A stretch of 49,953 nucleotides of DNA, taken from NCBI GenBank assembly GCA_003614675.1, contig ML002274.1, positions 1-49,953 on the forward strand, written 5' to 3'. The notes below the pieces were generated by a model that saw nothing but the letters and a program-made list of their open reading frames with translations, was not told where the DNA came from and did no database searches. Positions 38,738 through 49,953 of this stretch are shown here, one piece after another. How positions within the stretch are numbered: position 1 is the first letter of the stretch; each line of letters starts with the position of its first letter. The position numbers were made by a program, and so were the translations under genes. Source of the DNA: Dimargaris cristalligena. Lineage: Eukaryota.

Positions 38738-38879
38738 TATGGGAGAGGTTCATTCAGGCTGTATAACGAAACATCCATTGGATGAGGTCAATATTACTGG
38801 TTAAAAGCTATTCTCACATATATTTACCCATACACGTATTATGTAAAACCTTATACAGCTGGTTTGAATTTCACCCATG
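38738..38879. mobile_element. MITE-like element, copy 2 (opposite orientation to copies 1 and 3)
   Basis: TATGGGAGAGGTTCATTCAGGCTGTATAACGAAACATCCATTGGATGAGG...TTATACAGCTGGTTTGAATTTCACCCATG matches the reverse complement of 10024-10164. Confidence 0.75.
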
Positions 38880-40003
38880 TTGGAAGACAGGGTAGCCCTA
38901 ATTGCCACCGCTGGCCAATCTACACATATTGCCTGACAATAATGACAGCCACGTCACTTCCGTTCGCCTGATAATCATTTCTAGGACACATGTCCCCTCT
39001 GTATTTTATTGCTGCAGCATCGAGTCATCTACAACTCAACCTAAAGGATGTATACATTATTTCGACCAGCACCCCCCCCCCCACCCCGCACAAAACTAAA
39101 TCGCCTAGACTTGTTAGATTGTCCATTAGATTCAGGGCTCCATTCAACTGATCTACTTATTGCCCAAATTTTTACTCCAATCTTTTCTTGCGAGGCCGGC
39201 GTGACCCATCACCCGACCTCTGGAAAATTACCATGCATGAAACCAACCGTGGACAGTTGCCGGGGTCCAGGTATATTGGCCAATATGTGTTAAATAATAA
39301 TCTGGCCGGCCGAGCCTCCCCATTTGGAAGGGGGTTAGAGTTGACCAGTAACTGCAAATTCAGTGCAAAAAGAGTCACATTTCCACCAGCACGCGATGAC
39401 GAAACCCACTCGGCAGTGGTTCTATTCCACTAGGTTTACCCACGTGAAGTGGGTGGTAGATGTCGCCACCCAATTGCCGCCCATGATCTAATCAAACACA
39501 CCCGGATCCATAAATTTTTTACATTCGAGTATACAGGATCGGTTCAAGCCAGCTAAACACCGTGATATTTATTTGCTGGGCTGAGGCTTACCAGCGACAA
39601 GTAAATACATCATCTTTACTCCGCTTGAACCTTCATAGAGTTACAGTAAACCTTACTCGTATCGTTTTAGTCGAGCAGCTCGTGAATGGCCTGTCATTAC
39701 ATAGATTAGGGATGCAAACCCCTTTTGAAAAAGCGATACATCGAATGAGGCAATAAGTTCGACAAATTTAGCTTAATTCGGCTAGTCGTATAAATATACC
39801 GCGTGTTGGACAAGAAAATAACGCCTTCGGATTTATTTAACTACTCATTGGAAAATATAAACGTGCCGAGTTGTTTATGTTCCCCGTTTGAATACCTGAC
39901 CAAACGATTTACACACCTATAGTTTATAGTCAGCTTGGATCAAACGGATGGTGAGTGACAATATCTGGGACCTATGCCCAGTCCTCAATTCAAGTCCTGG
40001 TTG

Positions 40004-40678
40004 CTATGGGTGCGAGTCAGCCGTTTCCATCCCGTCCGTATAATCGCCCATTGAGTTGTTCTTGTACTTCTTTAACGTATTCACATATCGAGTGTTTGTA
40101 ATGGACACGTCACATTGCTCTGCCACTATCCACTGCACAACCCCCCGGTTGGCCAGCAGCACAAAGCGCCGGGCCCGGGTATCACCTAAAATATCCGTGG
40201 CGTCAAATGTCAACCCCAGTTTGCCGACCAAAGTGGCTTGGGGATCGGCGATACCTACCATATGGCCGGTCGCTTTCATATCATCGAGCCACGCCCGCAT
40301 AACATAGCGGTCATTAACGGACACGCAAGCCAGCTGGTCTATTCCGTGACTATGCAGGGTCAATAAGCCTTTTAAATATTCCGGCACAAACCAATGGGTA
40401 CAGCTGGGATTAAAGGCCCCCACAGCCCCCAGTAGCAATACTTTGCCCCGGTCCTTGAAGTAGTCAAACGCCAGTACCGCATCGGCCGATTCGGTAGGTT
40501 GTATTGGTACATTGGGGAGATCCTGACCGGGTTGAATGGTTCTCGATTTCGGTAAAGACCATGATGGGGATGGGGATTCAGGGGGCAATGGACCGCCGGA
40601 GGGAGCGGAGCGGGTCGATTGTAGACGGGTGCTGAAGAACCCCCTTCTTCCAGGCTTCAGCTTGCGAAAAATACTCAT
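40004..40678 (-). CDS. Prx5/Ahp1/Pmp20-type peroxiredoxin-like (redoxin) protein with a probable mitochondrial presequence
   Basis: KVLLLGAVGAFNPSC..FVPEY, GIDQLACVSVNDRYVMRAW, IADP, RARRFVL. The N-terminus is Arg/Ser-rich and free of acidic residues. Confidence 0.88.
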   Translation of the reverse strand: MSIFRKLKPGRRGFFSTRLQSTRSAPSGGPLPPESPSPSWSLPKSRTIQPGQDLPNVPIQPTESADAVLAFDYFKDRGKVLLLGAVGAFNPSCTHWFVPEYLKGLLTLHSHGIDQLACVSVNDRYVMRAWLDDMKATGHMVGIADPQATLVGKLGLTFDATDILGDTRARRFVLLANRGVVQWIVAEQCDVSITNTRYVNTLKKYKNNSMGDYTDGMETADSHP

Positions 40679-41823
40679 TTTGAAAAATAAGACATAAAGG
40701 AATATGTAAGTAGAGAACGTAGACCTTTCAACGCTGCTTGGCGATATCGGACAACCATTGTTTGACTATGGAGGCTATTGAATTGCTTCTCATTTAGGAC
40801 TAAAGTAAATTCCAACGCTTCATGTCGTATGTGGCGCTGAACACAGTACTGCAAAAAGAAAAAATCCTAGACTGAATGGGAGATTTCTCTGGGAATTAAT
40901 TGGCAGTCTTTATAATGCTACGTGTATAGAGCGATGAGAGATATTTATAATTTTAATATTTAGGGGCAAGAGAGAGGAAACCTCCTAGAATCAGTAGAGG
41001 GAATGGGGGTGCTTGTATACAGTAAAAACAGCATCTGTAGGACGTCGTTGTTGGGGGTTCCTGGCCTACTCATAACAATACCGAAAAGTAATGATTTGCA
41101 CTTAATAATTTCATGATTTCATTTGGCTTAATTCTATAAAGCGGGGTCAAACTACCTCGATTTTGTATACCTTGCAGTATGACAAATACATTATCAATCA
41201 GAATAATAAATGTAGCGTTGCATAATCCCACCTAATAGGACCCCCATATCTTCCCTCACCTCAGATTCTGGGAACAAGTATCCACCGTATCCGGATCGGC
41301 GGGGTAGCCGAAACAGGAGGGGACATAATGAGTTACCGCTACTTCATTCATAGGTATAATTTTCTTGGGTATTATATACCGGGGCAGAATAGTTTCGATA
41401 AATTGAGTGGTGCCAAGGCATGTGGGGTTGCTAGGATGCCTGTGCTGCCAGTGGTCGCAAGGGAATAGCGATTGCATGGACGAGTGGAAGGTTCGATAAG
41501 TGTAGTGTGGAGACGATCGGCCCGAGTGTGAATAGTATATATGTCGAGGAGTCCACACGAGCTGCTTCGGATTGCGAACATGTATGTGAGGGTGGAAGCT
41601 CGGGTTTAGTGGCGTAGGATGATGCAGAGGGAAATACCAAAATAGCCCATAGAGGTGTTGGTCGGAATAGCACCCAATAGCTTCAGGCTACTTTTGACGC
41701 TCGGCGGTGTCTCTCTGTGTAACACTGTTTATGAACCAGCCAAGCGAGGTCCAAGGGGGGGGGTGATGGATGAGTTATGCCGGGTTGGAGATTATGCTTA
41801 TTTATTGATTATAGTCTGGAAAA

Positions 41824-41965
41824 TATGGGTAAAATTCGGTCCAGTTGTATAATGTTTTAAATGATACATGTAGAGGAACATAGACGGGGTATTCATTTGC
41901 AACCAGCAGTGATTGCCTCATCTTACGGATAGTTTGTTATACAGGCAGGTTGAACCTCTCCCATA
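41824..41965. mobile_element. MITE-like element, copy 3
   Basis: TATGGGTAAAATTCGGTCCAGTTGTATAA...CAACCAGCAGTGATTGCCTCATC...GTTATACAGGCAGGTTGAACCTCTCCCATA is colinear with copy 1. Confidence 0.75.
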
Positions 41966-42497
41966 TTAAGGACGAAGCTATCGAGTCTTCATCGCGGTCA
42001 GGGGGTTAGGTATATTGGCATAATAATATGGGTATAGTTCAGAACAGTGGGCCCATGCGTTGCATAATATCACTTTGGGAGTGTAGGCAGGTCGCATATT
42101 TTCAATTGGTTCAGCCTGACCAACCAAACATATTACAAAGGTATGGTACGGAAGAAATTCGACCAAAGTTTATAATAAATGCTTCCCTTCCAGCCCCCAG
42201 ATATTGGCTGCACGAAATTAATCAAGGCGGTGCCGCTTGCACCAGGTAAAAACCCTTTTGAATATCTTAGGGATCAAAATTATCTATAGTGGTTTATTAT
42301 AATAGCCATAGCGGAATTATTGACGTTTGGCCTATATCAAGAGGAAATCATATTAAAATATAATTTAACAGTATAGTTTCAACCGCAGGCAAAGTGGCGA
42401 GCGTAACCAGGGATTGGCCGCCAGGTGTTTGGATCGCTATGGCTACGCCTTCCCCTTTGCTGCCAAAATGATGTACTTAGTTACCAGTTTAACTTAG

Positions 42498-44495
42498 TCA
42501 AGGCGAAGCGTTGGCGGGGCCGGAGTCTTCGCCCACCAACTCTGGAAACACCCTACCCACCAAGAAATCTATCGTATTGAAAGCCAAATGCCTATTAATG
42601 CTCTGGGAGTGAAGGGGGTCCAGTAAGAGGCGAGCCGCTGCATAGTCGCCTTGCTCTCCGCCGGGGACCAAACGGCGTAAAACACCTAGAGAGAGGTGCA
42701 TATTAGGGGATTCAGGTCAATTTAAGAAAATAATATAATATAGGTCCACTCGAGTTAGACTAGGTAATTTGGACTATAAAGAAACCGAAATCACCCTAGA
42801 CAAGGCCCACGGACTCTAGCCGTAAAGCGAACGGTATGCGGTGGATAGAGAAATTGCAAAAACCTCTTCGCAGTTTACGTGGAACCGGACTTTGTGGTAC
42901 ACATGAGCCCATAACCAGGGATGAAATCCTTCCCCCCTATTAGATGGACGAAGCCCGTCGGTCAGACACTTACCTGGCATCACCGCATCCAGTAAAATTT
43001 CGGCATCATGGCGTAGGCGAATCCGTTCTGTATCTGTTTTGACGGGTCGGTCGCGTTGAAAGTGGCCGTCGGGCCAGAGCGACCTTCTCAGGTCGTCCAC
43101 CAACCCTGCTAATTTGCGTTCACTCAGCGCATCGGCCAGTTGGTCTTCGATGAATTTATCTGTCGCCGCCCCGGCCAGTTGATCGGCCAAGGGCAATACG
43201 TAATACCGCAAGTGGGCCAGCAACCAGCCCTGGGACTGGGATAAACACAGGCATTCGTCCACGAGTTCGATTAAAGAGCGGGCGTAGTAGCCCCTTCGCC
43301 GGGGCTGGGACCCGGATTTACCCAGATGCGGGTACCGTTCAGAAGGGGTGATGCCTTCCCCCGCAAGAGTATGGGCGGAAACGGAAAACGTATAAACGGA
43401 AACAAAATGGGCCAGGACGGCCCACAGTTGGAATGCGCCCAAGTAGATTGCGTAGGCCAATAGACTGAGCCACCCCGCAATACGGGTGAACCAGCCGGTC
43501 GCCCGTTGCCAAAAGGTGATTTGGCTGGCTTTTGGTGGCACGAAGCGACGGACCGGCTCCTTGGTTAGGCCATGCCGAGAACGAACGGACCGGGTGGAGG
43601 TGGGGCGGGTTTGCCTAGCCCTCGAGCTAGGACGAGTGGGGACCACTGCTGGCTGTTGGGGTGGTTTGATACTGGTATTTTGGGCCTCTTGTAGTAACTC
43701 TTCAACTGTAGACGGGCCGGGCAGCGCGGATTTCGACCTGTCCCCCATTATTCCACCAGATACCGTCACATCTACCGTGTCAAGAGGGTTGTGCCCATAG
43801 GTGCCCACCGGTAGACCTGGGTACCGTTTGCGCCAGGCCTCTAACGCCACTGTGGATTTCAGCCGTCCGGACCAATTCCCCTGGGCGTCCAGAGCTTTAA
43901 TCGAGTCCGGCCTACCTTCCGCTATACATTGGTTGATGACCAATTCATGCCAAGTGGAAGGGTCGCTAAACCCCTCCACAATGGGTTTCCAAACCAAATC
44001 GGTGAGTATTTCCCGGACGAAATAGCGTACGCAGGGAGTTTCGTAGTCCCGGGCCGGCAGGAGAAGGGGTAATAACCGGTCGGTTAATCGCCGAAAGTAG
44101 CGGACCTCGGTCAAGGGTAAACGCAGGGCGGGGTGGGGTTGGACCTGGTGGAATAAGTCCTCAAACTCGAGCAAACCCCCACCGTAAACCGTTCCCACTT
44201 TGGCCATACATTGGCGATAGTCGCGGAAATGGGCCCGCCAGAGCCGGGGGTAGTCGACCAGTAGCAATGTGGGCCAGTTGAGCCGTTCCAAACGAGTGTG
44301 GATGGTTTGGACGGCGTCGTGGAGAACGTGTTGGATTTCGAGGGCGAATTGGGGATCATTGGTAAAGTCGTGGTACCAGGTGTAGAGGAAATCCCGCAGG
44401 ACCAAGTTGAGAGTGGCTTGGATGGACCGGCTTAGGACGGGGTGTGAAGGAAGGAGAGGAGGGAGGGGTTTAGGCTCCTCCACAGAGTTGGCCAT
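42498..44495 (-). CDS. PXA-domain protein with C-terminal Nexin_C domain (Pxa1-like); exons 44495-42974 and 42685-42498
   Basis: PXA motifs LNLVLRDFLYTWYHDFTNDPQF, PHPAL..EVRYFRRL..LLPLLLP and RYFVREIL. Nexin_C motifs LRRSLWPDG and LHSQSINRHLAFNTIDFLVGRVFPEL after a phase-1 GTAAGT..TAG intron. Confidence 0.88.
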
Positions 44496-45726
44496 GGCCC
44501 AAGGCGGTGGCTGATGTGTACGGGTGGAAATGAACTGGGGGTGGGTTGGACCTACGGTACTGCCCGGAAGGCGAGGCAAGTAGACCAATGGTCTACAGTT
44601 GAGATGGAGGAAATAGAGGGCGGCGGTTTGGAGTCGGTGGAATGTACAAGGTGGAAAAATAGGTAAATAAAAATAAAGCGGAGCTATTAAAGTGAATAGT
44701 AGAGCATGGTTGCATGGAATGGGCAGGAATGACAACCATAGAACTTTCCAGTGCTGTAACTCGTTTTGTAATATATGATATACTGATAAAATGACCTAAT
44801 AATAAATGGGCTGGTTATTATCCTACTTTATTCGTTTCTGTGCTTTCAGTCAACGAGCTCCTCTGGAGCCTCATGGAGGAATTCAATGGCAGCAGCTTTT
44901 CCTATTTTAGCTTAACGAAACTGAATTGTTGGTCAGTAAGTCGAACGTTGTGTATTCAGGACGGATAAATAGGCCCCAGTGGTAGTCGAATGCCATAAAA
45001 ATATATGCACGGGGTTAGTTCATCCCCCTTGCTCAAGCGTATCAAAGGCAGCCAAATAAGCTACTGGTCTGCTCTTTTTCCTTATTAAATTTTCTATTGA
45101 CCCCAATTAACTAACATGTAAATCTTTATTTTTGGGGATTGTAGAGTATATAAAGGTAGCAAAATAGAAGGGGGAAAGCCGCCTGAGACTAATCCCAGGA
45201 GGTGCTATGTAGGGCCAACATGTGGCTACAGGGGGTCCTAATTGGTATTGAAAGTAGATAGATAACCTTGACAGAGCATTTATATTAGAATATTAAAGGA
45301 AAGTTATTAGTTGGGGAATTTTACAAAAATGAACAAGAGCCTCGAAAAACACTATAACCAAAGGTAGTTGGCGATTAGTTTTTGTATCGGAAAAACAAAT
45401 TGGGAATAGTAGCGGTCACATACTCAGGTCAATTTGGGGGACATATAACCCTAAGTCACATGTATAGGGGGGAGGTCAATAAACATGTCAAGCGGGAAGA
45501 TAAGGCATTGAATGGAAATAATCGCATTGAGAAATGGTGACAATATAGATACCGCTACTAGACTAATGTAGGCTGTGGTATAACTCGAAAGACGGGAATT
45601 TCGACCTCCCGAGTTTCGCTCACACCACCCAAAACCCTGGTGCGGGGGGAGATAGTCGATTAAGAAAAATTACAGGCTATTTACTAAATAGCGACAAACT
45701 GTATTAGTTTAGAACCACTTAGCGTT

Positions 45727-45912
45727 CTAGGTGAGCCAAATTTGACTTCCATTGTCGCTGGGACGGTTGAAGCCCGTGGCGGGTGTGTTGGTGACGGCTA
45801 CAATATTGGGCATCGAAGGATCTGACTTGGGAATGGGGATCGCTGACACCTCAAGGGTAGTCCGCAAGATCATAACCAAACAAAATGAGACTAGCAACCG
45901 GATAGAGGTCAT
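45727..45912 (-). CDS. Small secreted peptide (61 aa), possibly truncated
   Basis: MTSIRLLVSFCLVMILRTTLEVSA|IPIPKSD...: hydrophobic core and a VSA|IP cleavage motif. GCCATG context; (TA)n tract ~160 nt upstream. Confidence 0.5.
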   Translation of the reverse strand: MTSIRLLVSFCLVMILRTTLEVSAIPIPKSDPSMPNIVAVTNTPATGFNRPSDNGSQIWLT

Positions 45913-48208
45913 GGCAACAAAAACTTAACAACACGGGGATTAGGTGAGTTGAAAACTGAAGATAGGTAGTGATAGGAAATAAGCGTATGTTACGTGATTA
46001 AATACGGCAGAGTGAGAGAGATAGTGCTGGAAATAATATGGCTAAAACTGAATGGGCGGCGCATCTGATATATATATATACATATATATATATATTCAAA
46101 GATTGGCTTTATACAAACACGCTTATTCTACGTCTCTTTGGCTAACTGGGGTGTTCTTATGGGTGCACAGCCACTGTAATGACGTGGAGGCGCGATACCT
46201 AACATGGTGAAAACAAGAAGCTGCTCCAAAACCTACCATTTCGAGTTATCTCAGGATGGTGGTTAGAGATCTGCGTCCTGCACCGAGGCCATCACTGCGC
46301 AGCTTCGTAAGTCCGCTACTCTTTCCCTAGCTATACAACGCTCGAAATTTGATCTACCTTTGCTCACCCTCACTACAGCACAACATACATCCGCACATAG
46401 ATCCAGGCTATCGCATGTTAAGTGAATACGCCACTACCCCAATACCAAATAGGCCAGGATGTACTACAGTTTGGGGATGCACTGGCTGGGATACGTGCTC
46501 ATCAACCAGCTGAAATCCCTCGATTTTGCTATTCTGGTCTATCCTCATGGCTATCAACCTAAATGGTCAAGCTAGATTGGATATCATGATACCCCACCGC
46601 AGTTATCATCTAAATGCCTGAGGCTGTAAAGTACTCCTAAAAAAGGCACCCCGAAACTATGGCCTATGCGAGCGCAGCGTATTTGGACATATGCTCACAA
46701 TGCCCCCTACTTGTCGGATGTTGTGTATATAAGATACACAGATCATCTACGGATAACCTGTACCATTGCTCAGGAAGCTCTCTGATGCACTGTATATTAA
46801 TAGAGGGGTTTGAGCAAACTCCAGCCTGGAGTTAAAGGGATTTTACATTGCCATGCACCAATATATGTTATACTTTGATAGTGTATTCCACCCTCTACTT
46901 AATATTAGGCCACAGCTAATTCCCTCGATAGGTTCCTATTAGACCGAGCACACAAAGCGAGCTATTCTATATCCAGAGAAAACCTATGCATAAAATGGAA
47001 CAATCGTCCGTAGGGCGGTAGAGTTGAGATAATCAATACCATTAGCTGAACACCAGGTCTAGCGAAGTAGTCTGGAACATTGATGATATCCACTTGTTTA
47101 ACTGATTGGTGTGTATTATTCCTTAGTCGGCCTGAATATCGTGCATATCCGGCATTTGATGTCGCTCCTTCGTCTCTTTTTAAGAAATGAACATGGTAAG
47201 GATTGATATGGGTCGGTAGCTATCCAAGTTTACTGGATTTAAATTTGAGGTAATTAATACGCAATGGTTACAGTTGGAGTATTTAGCAGTGTCTTAGTAC
47301 AACCTCTACAACCATGCTGAGGTGGAGAGGGTTTACTTAAACCTGCACATATAGAATGGCAAGCCCAAGCTATAGTGGCTTTAGAGAATAGTAGCCCAAG
47401 TTAAGATTAGCCTATGTCTGGATTGCTTCTTTAATATTCGTAATGGATTTGCTAACCCCAAGTTCTGTGACTGAATTCCGATTTTCTTTAGGATCGCACC
47501 GATGACAAGAATTTCAGACTACTATGATTCAGGTACTGCACCACTGACATTGGTACCAAATACGCCCCCAATAACGGGTATAAAACTATACTTAATCAGA
47601 ATATCTGATTAACCAGAGACTTAGTATATTGTGCATATTTAGTATCTTCGTAGGCGAGTGTTGCCGAATTTAGGACATGGACCGTGTACTATCCCTGTGC
47701 AAGTGCCCTCCAGGCCATCCTATCCTTCGACATATGCTGGTAGTTATCGCCGCAATTTTTTTTACCATGATCATGTTTCTTGTGATGAACGTTGTTCTAA
47801 GTTTTCCCCAGAAGAGGTGGTTTATATCTGTATTCAATTACACTTGATGAATAAAACTACATTGATACTAAATTATAGCAGAAATGGGGCTTCCAAGCCA
47901 CCTACGCGAAATAAAGGCATGAAGATGGGGTGCGTCGATGCCTTTTGCCAGATTTATCAACTGTAATTTGTACCAGGTGGTACATATGAAGTTCAGCTGT
48001 AACAGCTGCCGAATTGGTCATGCACCTAAACCTTGCAGTCTAACTTATTACATTTACTATTTCTCCTTTTTCCTAATACACCCCAGTCGAGAATTGAACC
48101 CTTCAATGGTAACCTAACCTGAACATTCCCTTTACTACGTTATTTGACCCGTCCTTACGGCAATACGCAACCGCCTCGTACTTTCTACAATATTACTTTC
48201 CCGGGAAC

Positions 48209-49953
48209 ATGTCGAAGAAGCTTCAAATCAACTCGTCAGCCGTAAGTAGAGCTTCGTAACCTCATCTGGCTCCACCAGATTCACCGCAATGAACGTTGTC
48301 CCATGTCGCAGCCCTACATAGGCATTGCTTATGGCCAATTAGAACGATTTGAGACTATCCCTCATATCCTGGGTGTTACTAACCCACTAACTTATTCGCA
48401 ATTTACCGATGGCGGGCTATTAGTTGCTTGACTTCAAGTCTTTACTTAATCAACACAAGAAAGTCACCCCCGCCGAACGAACCGAGGCACGCACCAAAAA
48501 GACCCTGAAGAAGGTAATAAAGCGAGTTTCAGTTCGACCTATCCTATTCGATGTCATTATTCATTTTTGTAGTGCTCATTTCTCCTTGAGCCTTGTCAAC
48601 TAGCTCCGAAACTATTGGCTAAACTAATCGTCTATATATGAACTAGGGGGGATATCCATCCTTAATTTTAACAAAAAATAATATTAATATAGTCAGTATT
48701 GGCCGAAAACAAGGGCGTTCAAGATCGGATACAGCGTGACCTCTCCGGACCCCGTACTTATCGCAAGGGTGAAGAACCCAGCGATCAGACTGTTCACCAG
48801 GCCCTGGTCCAAAAGGCCGCTCTCTATGACCAACTTCGTAAGCGCAAACTGAATGGGGCGGACGCCTTGTCCACTAAAAAAGAACATCTACTGGTGGACT
48901 TTGATGCCAAGTACCTCGCTGCATCGTCGTCGTCCTCCAGCAGTTCCAGCTCTGATTCGAATGACTCCTCAAGTGAAAGCGATGATGATGATCCGATGGA
49001 GGAATTTATCGACGAATTCGGTCGAACGCGGACGCTACCTCGCAGCTTAATTCCCCTGGAATTACGGCCGGCCGGGGCTAGTCCACCCACTCAACCGGCC
49101 GGCGATACGACTACCCCGTCCGGGATGGGTGGGCTACATACCCAATGTTCGGATACGCCCAGGCTTAATAGTGTTGATATTCACCGGATACGGGAAGGGG
49201 GCGGTGGTGATTCAGGTGAGTACTTCATACTTCATTTGGAAGAGGAGAGTGTACCATGGAATTTCCATCGGTGGTTTAACTCCCTGGGTGGGCATATCCA
49301 ACATACTGTTTATAATCACTAAAACCTAGCCCAGACTGACGACTTAAGATTTGCTATTTCTATTGTGTACATATATTTTATTATTTTGGATGCGGCTTTC
49401 ATTTGTCCTTATTGGGTTGGTTAGATATTGATCTCCCCACTTACTACGACTACCGCGGCGAAAATCGGAATCTTGGAGCCGCTCATTTCCGGTTGTCTAT
49501 GGATGAAACCACTCGGAAGCAACAGCTACGGGAACTGAAAAGGTTGCGTAAAGAGGTAAGTTGTTCACCAACCTGCGTTCTAATATTGGCACCTCCAGCT
49601 GAGCATGTAGTTGCTGAGAGATCGCCCTTAGAAACCCATTATGTTTGATGTAATCATGCTTTGTGCTACCCTTGCTTTAACCAGTATGATTCTACAGCGT
49701 ATTAATTTTCGGTAACTACCCCCCTTATTACATAATGTGGTACGGTATGCGCTTTTCCCGTATTAGACTAAACGAAAGCGCCAGGAGTATAAAGATTCGC
49801 GGCGTAAACTGGGCGACTTGGGTCCGGATAATAGTGTACCTACTGAGCAATGCCCGTCCGTAGTGGCCAAGCCAAAGTCAGCCGAGCCGACTTTACCGGC
49901 CTTGGAAGTCGATATTGACGCCTTCCTCCAAAACATCCGGTCCGAGGCCGAGA
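48209..49953 (+). CDS. CCDC174-like (DUF4078) protein, 3' end beyond the window; exons 48209-48241, 48424-48513, 48693-49215, 49425-49555, 49767->49953
   Basis: Motifs SALLDFKSLL, NKGVQDRIQRD, ALVQKAALYDQL, LLVDF, EFIDEFGRTR and YDYRGENRNLGAAHFRLSMDETTRKQQLRELKRLR. In-phase GT-AG introns. Confidence 0.85.

Noticed and set aside
44496-44735. Hydrophobic N-terminal extension of the PXA ORF
   Set aside because: It has no ATG and is explained by a pyrimidine-rich 5' leader.
37650-46420. Short similarity CCGCATATAGATCC (~37655) vs CCGCACATAGATCC (~46391)
   Set aside because: It does not extend on either side, so a duplicated pseudogene cannot be supported.

Overview
Eukaryotic, fungal-type genomic DNA with GT-AG introns (GTAAGT donors, CTAAC/CTAAT branch points). 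The protein sequences suggest an early-diverging fungus, possibly a Zoopagomycota/Dimargaritales mycoparasite; this is an inference. Conserved genes: RPS21, an 8-exon RCC1L-like gene, 4-exon MAF1, a very long BRO1/ALIX-family gene split by one +1 frameshift, branchpoint-binding protein (BBP/SF1), 6-phosphofructo-2-kinase/fructose-2,6-bisphosphatase, an atypical Prx5-type peroxiredoxin, a PXA/Nexin_C protein and a CCDC174 homologue that runs off the window end. Non-coding features: one intact dispersed 5S rRNA gene, a decayed 5S copy, and three diverged copies of a ~141-bp TA-flanked MITE-like element. The standout is a ~7-kb accessory interval bracketed by the two 5S copies. It encodes a signal peptide/propeptide/Kex2-site precursor of a 22-aa cationic amphipathic helix (GKLWDSFKSGIKKVAKVASFLI) that resembles animal antimicrobial peptides, next to other orphan secreted-protein genes. 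Several introns and UTRs also carry unusually strong, partly mutually exclusive hairpins. All alignments and folds were done by eye.
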